The notes beneath the pieces were generated by a model. It made no database searches. It was not told where the DNA came from and saw nothing but the letters and a program-made list of their open reading frames with translations. Below, in pieces: positions 10,611 to 20,533 of a stretch of 64,000 nucleotides of DNA (positions within the stretch are counted from its first letter, which is position 1; each line of letters starts with the position of its first letter). The DNA lies in the NCBI GenBank assembly GCA_009859145.1, contig VRVR01000003.1:71315-135314 (forward strand), in the 5' to 3' direction. The translations under genes and the position numbers were made by a program. Source of the DNA: Andalucia godoyi And28 (lineage: Eukaryota > Protista > Jakobida).

Positions 10611-12140
10611 ATGAGCCAGGAACCCGCTGCGTCGATGACAGCGTCCAAGCAAGGTTGGGCTTCTCCACTTGCACAGTTACATTTCTTGGTAAATCGGGCG
10701 CTGCAGCTTGCTGAGAATCACCTTAACGTGTTGGAGACGTTTGTTCCGCAGCTCGTTTCACATTGCTCGCAAAGAATTTTGACGTTGCAGGGTTCGACGC
10801 GAGGATATTCCCTGCTAGACAAGCAAATTACGTCGGCTTCCTTCTTTCTTGATGCATTTGGAAACAAGAGAGCTGCAGAGTCACGGGCGAAACTGCAATC
10901 CTCGGGCTCCGGAAACAGCCTAGTGGATTTTACAGGGAGTGGATCGGTGGCGACGGCGATGGCATCCGACGAAAAGGACGAGCACTTGCGAATTTTGCGA
11001 GATGCTTCGATTGCGTGGAACGATCTGTCGACGACGTTGGAATCGTTGAAGCGAACGAAACTCACGTCGTCACGAATGGCTGCAAGTGGAGGGCAAGAGC
11101 AGTCGTTTTCTGCAGAGTCGTTGTATGACTTTGTGAATCTGGAAGGCGTCAAGGAGCTCCGAAGCCGCATTGATGGAATCGTTGCGTGGTCAACATCGGT
11201 GATTACGCGCGTCGAACAAGAAGAAGACAAGCAAGGCGAACACGGCGCATTCACTGGAGACGCAGAGCCTTCTCCGGACGCGCTTCTGGCGCGCCTGCGA
11301 AGTGAAGTGTCGAGTCTCGCGAGGTTAAGCGTGGTCCGTGTGGGTGAACTAAAGTTCATCAGCAACCGGGCGTTGGGAGAATTAGATCGTGCGCGAGATA
11401 TCGTGGTAAATCTCGCGTCCACATTGGATGAGCTGACGTTTCTGCTCAGGAACTCTTCCAGTTTGAACTCGGTGGCAGACAGAAACCGATTTGCGGAATT
11501 GAAGGAAAGGAATGAGGATCTGACGCAACAGATTCGCGAGGTTGCGAATGGTGCTCGCTGGGTTAAGCACTTGCTCGAGGCAATCCACAAGAAGAAACTC
11601 GGCGTTGCACTGGGGGAGTACAAGGACAAGGAGCAGCTCGAAAAGGATGCGGATTTATTCAACACCACTGTCTTTGCAACAAACATGCAATCAATCATGG
11701 AAACTGTAACGACCCTTGTCCAGTCGAATGCCAAGGACGAAAAAGATGCTTCATCTACTCCGTCAGAAGGTATTGCAGAACCTGTGTCAGCCGACAGCGG
11801 TGACAACGGCAGCGCACTCGCTGCAGCCCTCGCGCTGATTCAGGAAGTACGAGATCTGAATTCGTGGTACAAGTTGTGTATCCGAGCGCATGTCGAGTGG
11901 GGCCACGAGAAGGCGCGCCGTGCGGCAGAAGCAGAGCGTCAACAACAAGTTGTCCGAGAGTGGGTGTCGGAAATGTCGAAATGGTCCGAAGATGAAAGAA
12001 ATCGCCGGCTCGACTGGATCCAGAAATGGGCAGCATACCTGCCTCCACAGCTGCTGTCAAGCGATGCAGACGAGAGAATTGTAGAGTTTCGCATCGTTGA
12101 AGAGCAGCAGCCTGTAGCAGCACCTCGATATGACATTTAG
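10611..12140 (+). CDS. ATG17/FIP200-like coiled-coil autophagy scaffold
   Basis: Long helical ORF. The C-terminal WYK...EKARR...EDERNRRLDWIQKWAAYLPPQL resembles the ATG17-like domain end (EV.RR...E..RR..F....G.YLP..L). Confidence 0.6.
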   Translation: MSQEPAASMTASKQGWASPLAQLHFLVNRALQLAENHLNVLETFVPQLVSHCSQRILTLQGSTRGYSLLDKQITSASFFLDAFGNKRAAESRAKLQSSGSGNSLVDFTGSGSVATAMASDEKDEHLRILRDASIAWNDLSTTLESLKRTKLTSSRMAASGGQEQSFSAESLYDFVNLEGVKELRSRIDGIVAWSTSVITRVEQEEDKQGEHGAFTGDAEPSPDALLARLRSEVSSLARLSVVRVGELKFISNRALGELDRARDIVVNLASTLDELTFLLRNSSSLNSVADRNRFAELKERNEDLTQQIREVANGARWVKHLLEAIHKKKLGVALGEYKDKEQLEKDADLFNTTVFATNMQSIMETVTTLVQSNAKDEKDASSTPSEGIAEPVSADSGDNGSALAAALALIQEVRDLNSWYKLCIRAHVEWGHEKARRAAEAERQQQVVREWVSEMSKWSEDERNRRLDWIQKWAAYLPPQLLSSDADERIVEFRIVEEQQPVAAPRYDI

Positions 12141-12404
12141 AGCTACTCGATTGCAATTGCGGTTCATCTTTTCTTTGGTGCTCCCTCTCGCCATCCTCTC
12201 CACCACTTCTTCTTCTTCTTCGTTGCGCGTACACACGGCTGCAGCAACAGCGACAGGGGGTCCCACAAATTTCTAACCACCACCACCACAAAAAAAAAAA
12301 AAAAAAAAAAAAAAAGAAAGAAAGGAAAGAAAAGAAAAGAAAAAGAAATGCAACACAACTGCATGAAAAAGAAGAAGAACTGAATGGAGAATCGACCAAG
12401 AGCC

Positions 12405-14387
12405 CTAAAGACGCGCATTCAGCTTCGAATGGCGCATACTGTATGAAAAATAGAATATGAAACCGAGAACGGTCCAGCCGAGGAATCGAATCCAAGTGAA
12501 CAAGTCGAGGGAGAACATCAGATACATGGAAGAAAAGACAGCACCAATTGGCACGAAGGGGGAAGCGGGACATTGGAATGTTTGGACTTTGGAAACCTTG
12601 GTTGGTGATTCTGGGATTGGGATGCGCCAAATAAATAAAGTGAGGGCAAATGACACTGTCCCAAACACGGCTCCGGGAATATAGAGTTCGTGAATCAAAA
12701 GATTGGATGCGATCATCAGCGTAACGATCAGAGTAGGGAATGACCAGTAAAACAAGTGGAGTGATCTCCGTTTCCTCTTCTTCAGTTCCGCAGAGTCGTG
12801 ATCTTGCTCTCGCGATTGCAACTGCTCCGTGAACCGCAATATCAACACAGACGCCGAAACCAAAGCAAATGCAAACAGCGTTCCGATGGAAACCAAGTCC
12901 GCGAGAATTTCGATGCGCAGGAACGTCGCAAAGATAATGCACACCATACCAGTGAAGAGAGTTCCGTTCACAGGAGTGTTGAAGCGCGGATGGACCTTGG
13001 AAAACCATTCGTACAGGAGACCGTCTCTTGCGAGACCCATATAAATGCGCGGCTGAGACAGGATGAGAACGAGCACTGTGGTGGTAAGACCCGAAAGCGC
13101 CCCAATGGAGACAATGTACTTTGCCCATGTAGCACCGTTTGAGTCGAATGCGGACGCGAGCGGAGCCTCGATGTCGATGTCGGCGTATGACACCATGCCC
13201 ACGAGCACAAATGAGAGTGCGCAATACAGCACGGTGGTGAAGGAGAGTGATGCTATGATTCCGAGCGGCAAATCGCGCTTTGGATTCTTCACTTCTTCCG
13301 CGCAGCAAGAAATCGCGTCAAAACCGAGAAACGAAAAAAACACGGAAGCAGAACCGGAAAAGACTCCGCCCATTCCGAAAGGCAGAAACGGAGAGTAGTT
13401 GTCCAGGTTCACAAAAGACGACCCCGCTGAAACGGCAAACACGATGGCGACAATGATCACAGCAGTGACAATGTTGTTCACGGTCGCCGATTCGGACGCT
13501 CCGAAGCAGATGAGGGCAACTAGCAGCAAAATGACGATGGGTGCAAGCAAGTTCACTTCAAACCAGTCGTTTAGCGGAATCGAAATGAACCACGTTGGAA
13601 TCGCATGCCCCGTAATCGAGTCCACATAAGCCGTCCAGCCGCGTGCGACAACCGAGGCTCCAACCGTGTACTCCAAAATCAGCTGAAACGACAAGATGAA
13701 CGCCGTCAGTTCTCCCACAGACGTGTACGCATACAGGTACGACGAGCCAGAGACGGGAATTCGAGCTGCAAATTCTGCATATGCAAGAGCATTCAACATT
13801 GCACAAATCCCTGCAAAGAGATAACTGAGCACAACCCCGGGTCCTGCCTTTTCTTTTGCCACGATCCCCGAAATCACAAAGATTCCAGCACCAATCATAC
13901 AACCAATGCCAATGCCAACCACGTCCACCAGGCCCAGTACCTTCTTGAGCTGATGGCCCCCTGTGTTACTCGCATTCTTGGCATCCGCTAGAATTTCTGC
14001 AACCGATTTCTTTCGAAAACACTTGTCGACAAACGGCCCAAGTCCGCTTGGAATAATCGGATACAAGAACCGCGCAGCTAGTTTTCGATGCGGCGGTTGG
14101 CTATTGGCAGCTGCTGCAACACTACTACCACTACTACTACTACCACTACCACTACTTCTGCTCTCAGACTTTTCCGAGACAGAATGAGCAACAGTGCTTG
14201 ACGGGAATGCCGATGACGGTGGTTGTGGTGACGACGACGACGATGATGATGATGCATCAGAGCGTCTGGATGACACTGAAGAAGCGGATACATCCATTAG
14301 CTCAACTTCATGCACATTTCCAAGCAACGTATGATCATGATCGTCGTGATGGTCTGCATGATGAGCATCTCCTACGAACCCGCTCAT
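12405..14387 (-). CDS. Cationic amino-acid transporter (APC/CAT family)
   Basis: GIGCMIGAGIFV, YAEFAARIPVSGSSY, FFSFLGFDAI, EEVKNPKRDLP, QPRIYMGLARDGLL and a C-terminal FQCP motif. His/Ser-rich N-terminus. Confidence 0.92.
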   Translation of the reverse strand: MSGFVGDAHHADHHDDHDHTLLGNVHEVELMDVSASSVSSRRSDASSSSSSSSPQPPSSAFPSSTVAHSVSEKSESRSSGSGSSSSGSSVAAAANSQPPHRKLAARFLYPIIPSGLGPFVDKCFRKKSVAEILADAKNASNTGGHQLKKVLGLVDVVGIGIGCMIGAGIFVISGIVAKEKAGPGVVLSYLFAGICAMLNALAYAEFAARIPVSGSSYLYAYTSVGELTAFILSFQLILEYTVGASVVARGWTAYVDSITGHAIPTWFISIPLNDWFEVNLLAPIVILLLVALICFGASESATVNNIVTAVIIVAIVFAVSAGSSFVNLDNYSPFLPFGMGGVFSGSASVFFSFLGFDAISCCAEEVKNPKRDLPLGIIASLSFTTVLYCALSFVLVGMVSYADIDIEAPLASAFDSNGATWAKYIVSIGALSGLTTTVLVLILSQPRIYMGLARDGLLYEWFSKVHPRFNTPVNGTLFTGMVCIIFATFLRIEILADLVSIGTLFAFALVSASVLILRFTEQLQSREQDHDSAELKKRKRRSLHLFYWSFPTLIVTLMIASNLLIHELYIPGAVFGTVSFALTLFIWRIPIPESPTKVSKVQTFQCPASPFVPIGAVFSSMYLMFSLDLFTWIRFLGWTVLGFIFYFSYSMRHSKLNARL

Positions 14388-14702
14388 TCCGTCTGATTCC
14401 GACGATCAAGAAAAACCCAACGCACAAACGCAGAGAAGAGCGAAAGAAATAACGCTGGAAGAAAACAAGAAGAAAAAATCCAAAAGGAAAAAACGTCATC
14501 CGAAAACATCGGTGTGCGAATAAAGGAGGTCTGGATAAAGACGACAGCTGTCGACAATGAGTTTCTGAAACGGGGAGGTGGGGCCGCTGTACAACAGATA
14601 AGAGCTATAAAACACCGGATTTTGCGTTTTCTGGTTCTCTGGATTATTTTGTTTTGGTTGCGGTTGGTTTGTTGTGGTTCGATCTTAGCGGGGAAGCGCA
14701 CG

Positions 14703-16565
14703 ATGGCGAGTCGGAGTGGACAGATTGCTGGCCGCTGCGTTGTCCTGTGTGCACTTGTTGTTGTGTGGATTGCGAGCAGCAGCTTTGCGAGTGCCGCAGA
14801 AGCCGTGGAGAATCGCGAACCGATAGAAGGTCTCTCTTCATCGCGGAGCTCCGCTGAAAAGCACCGGTTTTCGCCTGGGAATCGAGTGCCGTTTGCAGTG
14901 CACAACATCGGTCCTTATGCAAACCCATCGGAAACTTATGATTTTTACTCGATTCCATTTTGCTCACCGTCCGATGTTCAGAAAGAACGACCAGATCTCG
15001 GCGACGCGCTTGGTGGCGAGTTGAAAGAGTCTGCGTTGTACGACATTCGCTTCTTGCAAAATGTAGACAAACAGTCGCTGTGCAAAGTATCGTATACGGA
15101 ATCCGATGTCGCCGAGCTCCGAAAAGCAGTTTTGAAGAATTACTACTTTAAACTCGATATTGACGACATGCCGCTGTGGGGCTTTTTGGGGATTGTCGAT
15201 GCTGCGGCTTCGTCTGCTTCGGCAGAAGAAGCAGTGTACTTGTATCCGCATTTGCACTTCAAGATCGGCGTCTATAAGAACCAGTACGTAACAGAAGTGA
15301 ATGTCAGCACTCCGAGTCAGTACCGCGTGCGACTTGAGAAATCAAAGCCGCTGTCGTTTGCGTATTCCTACTCGGTGACGTGGTTTGAGTCGGATGTACC
15401 GTTCTCCGAGCGGATGGAAGCATACAAGCGCAATCCTTTTTTTGCGCGGGCCGTCGAGATTCAGTGGTTTTACATCTTGTTCTCGCTGATGCTGGTCTCC
15501 CTGCTGGTGTTTCTTGTCTTCATCATCATCTCTCGCATTTTGAAGCGAGACGTGGAGCGATATGCAAACGCACATCCTGATGAAGGGATGTTGGAAAGCG
15601 GGTGGAAATTGCTGCATGCTGATGTCTTCCGAGTTCCACACGAGCCGTTCCGTCGTTCGATTCTTTCTTCCCTGATTGGAACAGGAGTGCAGCTCATGGC
15701 GCTCGCTGTGGTGCTGTTCACGCTTGGTTTGTTCGATGTGTTTGATCACACGAATCGCGGGAAGCTCTATGCCACAATGCTCTTTGTGTACGCACTGACG
15801 TCTGGGATTGCAGGCCATGTTTCCACGCGGTTCTACATTGGCCTGGGTGGCGAGCGGTGGGTCCACAACTGCATCTTCACAGTTGTCTTGTTCCCACTTC
15901 CCGTGTTCGTCGTCTGGGCATTTCTCAACTCGGTTGCTCTTACGTACGAGTCCATGGCTGCCCTCCCTTTCCTTTCCATCCTGAAAATCTTTCTGTTGTG
16001 GGGGTTTGTCACCTTCCCCCTGACAATTCTCGGTGCGGTCACTGGAAAACGCCGTGCGCAGCCCTTTGAATTTCCCTGCAAGTCGCGCACGGTAGCCCGC
16101 GAAGTCCCTCGCGGCCCCTGGACGACCAATCCGATTGTGACAACCGCGATTGCTGGTTTCGTTTCGTTTTCTTCAATCTATGTCGAAATCTACTATCTGT
16201 TTGTGTCTCTGTGGGGCAGACAGCTGTACACTCCATACTCCATCATGCTCATCACCTTTGCCCTTCTGGTGCTCGTCACATCGTGCGTCACAGTCGCCAT
16301 CACGTACCACCACTTGGCTCTCGAGGACCATCGCTGGTGGATTCGATCCGTGCTCACAGGTGGTTCGGCGGCTTTCGTGCTCTTTGCGTACTGCTTCTTC
16401 TTTCTGCCGGAGCAATCGGATATGCAAGGCTTCCTCCAAGTGTCCTTTTACTTTGGATACATGTTTCTGATTTGCTATGCATTTTTTATTATTCTGGGAA
16501 CTGTCGGGTTTCTCTCTTCCTTTTTCTTTGTCACCAAAATCTACAGAGCCGTGAAGTTTGACTAG
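14703..16565 (+). CDS. Transmembrane 9 superfamily protein (nonaspanin/EMP70)
   Basis: Signal peptide, IGPYANPSETYDFYSIPFC, GWKLLHADVFR, EDHRWWIRS and the C-terminus IYRAVKFD. Confidence 0.93.
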   Translation: MASRSGQIAGRCVVLCALVVVWIASSSFASAAEAVENREPIEGLSSSRSSAEKHRFSPGNRVPFAVHNIGPYANPSETYDFYSIPFCSPSDVQKERPDLGDALGGELKESALYDIRFLQNVDKQSLCKVSYTESDVAELRKAVLKNYYFKLDIDDMPLWGFLGIVDAAASSASAEEAVYLYPHLHFKIGVYKNQYVTEVNVSTPSQYRVRLEKSKPLSFAYSYSVTWFESDVPFSERMEAYKRNPFFARAVEIQWFYILFSLMLVSLLVFLVFIIISRILKRDVERYANAHPDEGMLESGWKLLHADVFRVPHEPFRRSILSSLIGTGVQLMALAVVLFTLGLFDVFDHTNRGKLYATMLFVYALTSGIAGHVSTRFYIGLGGERWVHNCIFTVVLFPLPVFVVWAFLNSVALTYESMAALPFLSILKIFLLWGFVTFPLTILGAVTGKRRAQPFEFPCKSRTVAREVPRGPWTTNPIVTTAIAGFVSFSSIYVEIYYLFVSLWGRQLYTPYSIMLITFALLVLVTSCVTVAITYHHLALEDHRWWIRSVLTGGSAAFVLFAYCFFFLPEQSDMQGFLQVSFYFGYMFLICYAFFIILGTVGFLSSFFFVTKIYRAVKFD

Positions 16566-16712
16566 CCACTTCTCTTCGCTCGCTCGCCAGTCGCCACCCC
16601 ACTCCGTCCCGCCATCTCTCTTTTTATGCAGTCAGCAACCCGTCGTAAAAAGGCAACCCCCTCCTGCTTCCCGGACGAGGGAAGGCCTCTCTCCCAGTCA
16701 CACCGGCAATGC

Positions 16713-17040
16713 CGCTCGCCAAAATATGCATCACTAATTGGTCATCATCGGCTAAGCTGATACCGAAGACAGATCCAAGCGGCGTAATTTTTTATTTGGG
16801 GGGGGGAGGCGAGCACCAACTCTTCCATGCAGTCAAAATATCATCGCAACCAGCACATTCCCCAATCGATTCAACATTCAAAAAATGAACGTTGGAGGAA
16901 ACAGAATGTGGTCGGATTGGTTTTGTTGGGAAGATCCCTCTTTTGGAGCCATGAGATGTTTTTGTCTTTGTCTTTTGATGAATGGTGCTGCTTGAGCGTT
17001 CGATTATTTAAAACACAGACAAACAGAAAAAATAATAGAA
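16713..17040 (-). repeat. Dispersed repeat, inverted relative to 38497-38789
   Basis: Colinear shared blocks: AATAATCGA..CTCAAGCAGCAC, GGCTCCAA..ATCTTCCCA, TGGTTGCGA, GAAGAG.TGGTGCTC and CTTGGATCTGTC.TCGG...CAGCTTAGCCGA.GATGACCAA...GGCGAGCG. Confidence 0.9.
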
Positions 17041-17309
17041 AGAAAAAGAAACGTGAACGAATGAAGAAACCTTCTAGACTTTAACTACGGTAGGAATATC
17101 GGATTGTTTGATGTTCAAAACAGTTTGATACACAAACGACATCAACCGTTTTTTTTCTTTTTTCTTTTCTCTTTCATCTATGAGCGGGATTCCAGGATTC
17201 TTTTGCCTTTTCTTTTTGGCCGCAAAGGCGGAAGTACGTTGCACATTTCGCTGATTTGATCATCTTTGAATTGTGGGGGAAATAACCAGCCTTTTCTTTT
17301 CCTTTTCCT

Positions 17310-17345
<36 letters not shown>

Positions 17346-17520
17346 TTCTTTTCTTTTAATATTTTTCCTTTTCTTTCTCCTTTCTCTCTTCTCTTTTCTT
17401 TTCTTTTTTCTCTTTTATTTTCGTTTCGTTTCCTCCCTTCTTCTTGTTTCTTCTTCTCCAAAAAAAAAAAGATTGGTGTTGGTCATTTCGTTTTTTGTGT
17501 TGTTGTGTTTTTCATTGTGA

Positions 17521-18213
17521 ATGCAGCTGTCTCCGTTTTTGAAGGCCGTGATTGGTCTTTCGCTGATGCTCGTTTCGTGGCTGATTGCAGTGATTGGCCT
17601 CGGTTCGATCCCGACAAAGGCATTTGATAGTTCGGATGCAGAAGGCAGTGGCTGTATCCTGAAGCCTGCAGATAAGTCGTATGTGGCGCAGGACTGCCTT
17701 GCGCTTGCCGCCATCATGCTGGTCATGGTTGTTCTCTCCGAGATCGTGTTTGCATTTGGTATGTGGAAGGAGAAGGAAGGCATCAACAAGTTCACGACTT
17801 ATTGGGTTCTTATTGAGATTTCGATGATGATTGCCTCCTTGGGAGACATTTATCTGTTTACTCGCAGCTGCCGCTTGGCCAAGAACACCTCTGCAGATAA
17901 GAACAAAGATGACATGAGCAACGCAGTCAATGCGTATGCCGCCGGTTGCTTCTTCATGATTCTGTTCATGACGATCCGTGCGCTGTACTTCATCTCGTTT
18001 GCAGAACCTGCAGTCCCTGCTGCAGGTGCAGATGGAACCACCAAGGCCGGCGCCCCCGCCGCCGGAGCCCCAGGACAGCCGCAGGCTGTTGGTGGTGCTG
18101 CCCCCGCTCCTGGCGGACCTCGCCCTGCTGGAGCATATCCTCCGCAGGCATCCATGTACTCTTCCGCCGCCCCTGCCTCGGCTCCTCCTGCCGCCGCAGC
18201 ACAGAACGTCTAA
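17521..18213 (+). CDS. Small multi-TM (claudin/MARVEL-like) protein with Pro/Ala/Gly-rich tail
   Basis: Four hydrophobic segments with Cys-containing loops, then a PAAGAP-rich C-terminus. Confidence 0.7.
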   Translation: MQLSPFLKAVIGLSLMLVSWLIAVIGLGSIPTKAFDSSDAEGSGCILKPADKSYVAQDCLALAAIMLVMVVLSEIVFAFGMWKEKEGINKFTTYWVLIEISMMIASLGDIYLFTRSCRLAKNTSADKNKDDMSNAVNAYAAGCFFMILFMTIRALYFISFAEPAVPAAGADGTTKAGAPAAGAPGQPQAVGGAAPAPGGPRPAGAYPPQASMYSSAAPASAPPAAAAQNV

Positions 18214-18445
18214 GAAAGAATTAAGAAGAAAAGGTGAAAAGGGTTGCCTGCCTGCGAAGATGCCCCGCGTGGACGCGACAAGAAGCAAGAGAGTTCCTCC
18301 GTGCTCTTCTTTCTGTCTTTTTGTGTGCGTGCATTCTTGTCGTTTTCGGTCGTTTTGGAAGCGGTTGACCAAGGTATGGCACTCCATTAGTCGTAAATAA
18401 TTCAGGACAGGAAAAAGACAGTTTCGTGTTGCTTTTATTATCATT

Positions 18446-18479
<34 letters not shown>

Positions 18480-18547
18480 AATTTATTTTGCACATTGTCA
18501 TGATGAAATTCCGGTATTGATGAATGACAGCGGGCACAGGACCTGTT

Positions 18548-19090
18548 TCAGACGCGATCGGAAGCGGGCTCGTGGATGGAAACAAGGTGTCCGTCGGGTG
18601 ATCGAAGTGCTGCAACACGTCCATGAGCAGGGAACTTGACGGGGCCCTCGAGGGCAGCACCAGCCGACAGCATCCGAACCAGCATCGAGTCAAACTCGTT
18701 TTTGCCTCTTACATTGAACGACAAGAACGGAGAGTACAGCGGACACGACAATGGTGAGGACGAGGAAGACGAGGACGGAGTGGAAGGCAGACCCGAGTCG
18801 TCCAGGGAAAGCGCAGCGGTCGTCGATGATGGTCCTTTCAAAATGATGCTCACTGCCCCCGCGGAAGTCTCTTCGATTGGACCACCACCATCACCATCAC
18901 CACCACCAATACCAGTACTGCTACTGCTAGTGCTAGTGCTAGGACCATGATGAGGATGATGAGCAGCACCGCTTGGAATTGGAGATCGGGAAGAGAGTTG
19001 GGCCCACTGTTCCGACTGACGGACAACCGTCAGACCAAGTGCTCCGTTCCAAAACAGCAGAGCTTTTGGAACATCTCGCACAAGCAACAT
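18548..19090 (-). CDS. VOC/glyoxalase-bleomycin-resistance fold protein
   Basis: VMLLVRDVPKALLFWNGALGL at the start and GRVAALRSPDGHLVSIHE at the end. Ser/Gly insertion in the middle. Confidence 0.8.
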   Translation of the reverse strand: MLLVRDVPKALLFWNGALGLTVVRQSEQWAQLSSRSPIPSGAAHHPHHGPSTSTSSSSTGIGGGDGDGGGPIEETSAGAVSIILKGPSSTTAALSLDDSGLPSTPSSSSSSSPLSCPLYSPFLSFNVRGKNEFDSMLVRMLSAGAALEGPVKFPAHGRVAALRSPDGHLVSIHEPASDRV

Positions 19091-19774
19091 GACACACTCG
19101 AGAGTTAACATCCGTGCTTCCTTTCTTCTTCCTCTTTTTCCCCCCCTCCTTCTCTAAAGCATGCGAATCGTACTGTGTGTGCGTACCTGTGCGTACGGTG
19201 CGTGATGTGGGTATTATTAGTACCGTATGCATCGGCACCGTCGTCGCATGCCATCTTCACTCTCCAGTCCTCGTTGCTCGCAGCAAAGCGGCCGTCCACC
19301 ACCACCAACCCATCGCAAGTCGAAAGCAAAAGCGTTAAATGGGTGTAGACAGACGTCGATATTGAGCATGTATATTCTCGCGGAAGGTTTTTTTCGACTG
19401 GGCTTGAATTGGGATGGACATGTTTCTCCGAACGTCCGAATCTGGCCTTGCAAGGAAGATCCAAAGGTGTGCACAAGCGACAGAAAAAGGGTCGATGTCC
19501 GCGAAAACTTCAACGCATCACAGACTCGTCATCATCTGAATTCCATTGAACGGCAATCGGGCTTGCGATCGGCATTCGGCAACGTTCATTCGGTGTTTGC
19601 TTGCTTTCCACAACTCTGCTGCATTCGTGCACTTTCCTCGTGTTTTTCTTTGCATTTGCATTTGCATTTTTTATTTCTTTGTTGTGTTTTGGAATACGCT
19701 GGCAACGCACGGGCAGATCATCGCACGCACGACAAGAGGAAAAGAGGACAAGGCAGACACAGAGACAGAGAAAG

Positions 19775-20344
19775 ATGCTGTATTATTGGGGATCCGTGTT
19801 GTACACGGCGCTGGAAGCAAGGTTTATGAAGCGGTGTTCGATTTTTGACGATGCGGTGATTTCGCGAAGAGTGAATCCACTGACAATTGACATGAATCTG
19901 CACATGAACAACATGTACTATTTGCACGCATGCGAGATTGTGAGGTGGAATTGGAGCATTCGCTCTGGAATGGCAGATATGTGGAAAGAAAAGGAGTGGG
20001 CTCCAATGATTGCTGGAGTTTCATTTCGCTTCCGCAGACAGCTCCGGGCATTTCAAAAGTACGATATTCGAGCAAGAATGGTGGGGCTGGATTCAAAATG
20101 GATGTATGTGGAACACACTCTGACGTCTGGAAACTTGTTTATCGGAAAGGGTATCGCGCGGCTCTGCATGGTCGACACAAAGTCTGGAAAGGCAGTCCAG
20201 TCCGAAAGAGTGCTCGCAGCCCTCGGCTTCTCGGAAGACGAAATCAAGAACCACATGAAGGAACTCGATGCTGCAAAGGTGCATCCCGTTCACACGTTTG
20301 CTTCCCATGATGCACATCTGGACCATAAAGCAGAGGAACAGTGA
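19775..20344 (+). CDS. Hotdog-fold thioesterase (THEM6/4HBT-like)
   Basis: IDMNLHMNNMYY motif, SFRFRRQLRAFQKY and DSKWMYVEH. Confidence 0.82.
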   Translation: MLYYWGSVLYTALEARFMKRCSIFDDAVISRRVNPLTIDMNLHMNNMYYLHACEIVRWNWSIRSGMADMWKEKEWAPMIAGVSFRFRRQLRAFQKYDIRARMVGLDSKWMYVEHTLTSGNLFIGKGIARLCMVDTKSGKAVQSERVLAALGFSEDEIKNHMKELDAAKVHPVHTFASHDAHLDHKAEEQ

Positions 20345-20533
20345 CAATCATGACTTGGAACAACAACAGAAGAAAAAGAAAAATAAAGAAAAGGGGAAAA
20401 GAAAAAATAGGAATGCGGCAGTTCCTGAAAAAGCGGGTACGTTCCCGGTGAGGTTTCAATGGTCTTGGTTGCTGCAGCAATCATTAAAAAAGAAGAAAGG
20501 AAAAGAACAAACACAAAAGTCGGCGACGATGCG

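Noticed and set aside
16640-16660. GCCTTTTTAC on the minus strand resembling U5 snRNA loop 1
   Set aside because: It has five T rather than the invariant four, and there is no downstream Sm site or U5 stem architecture.
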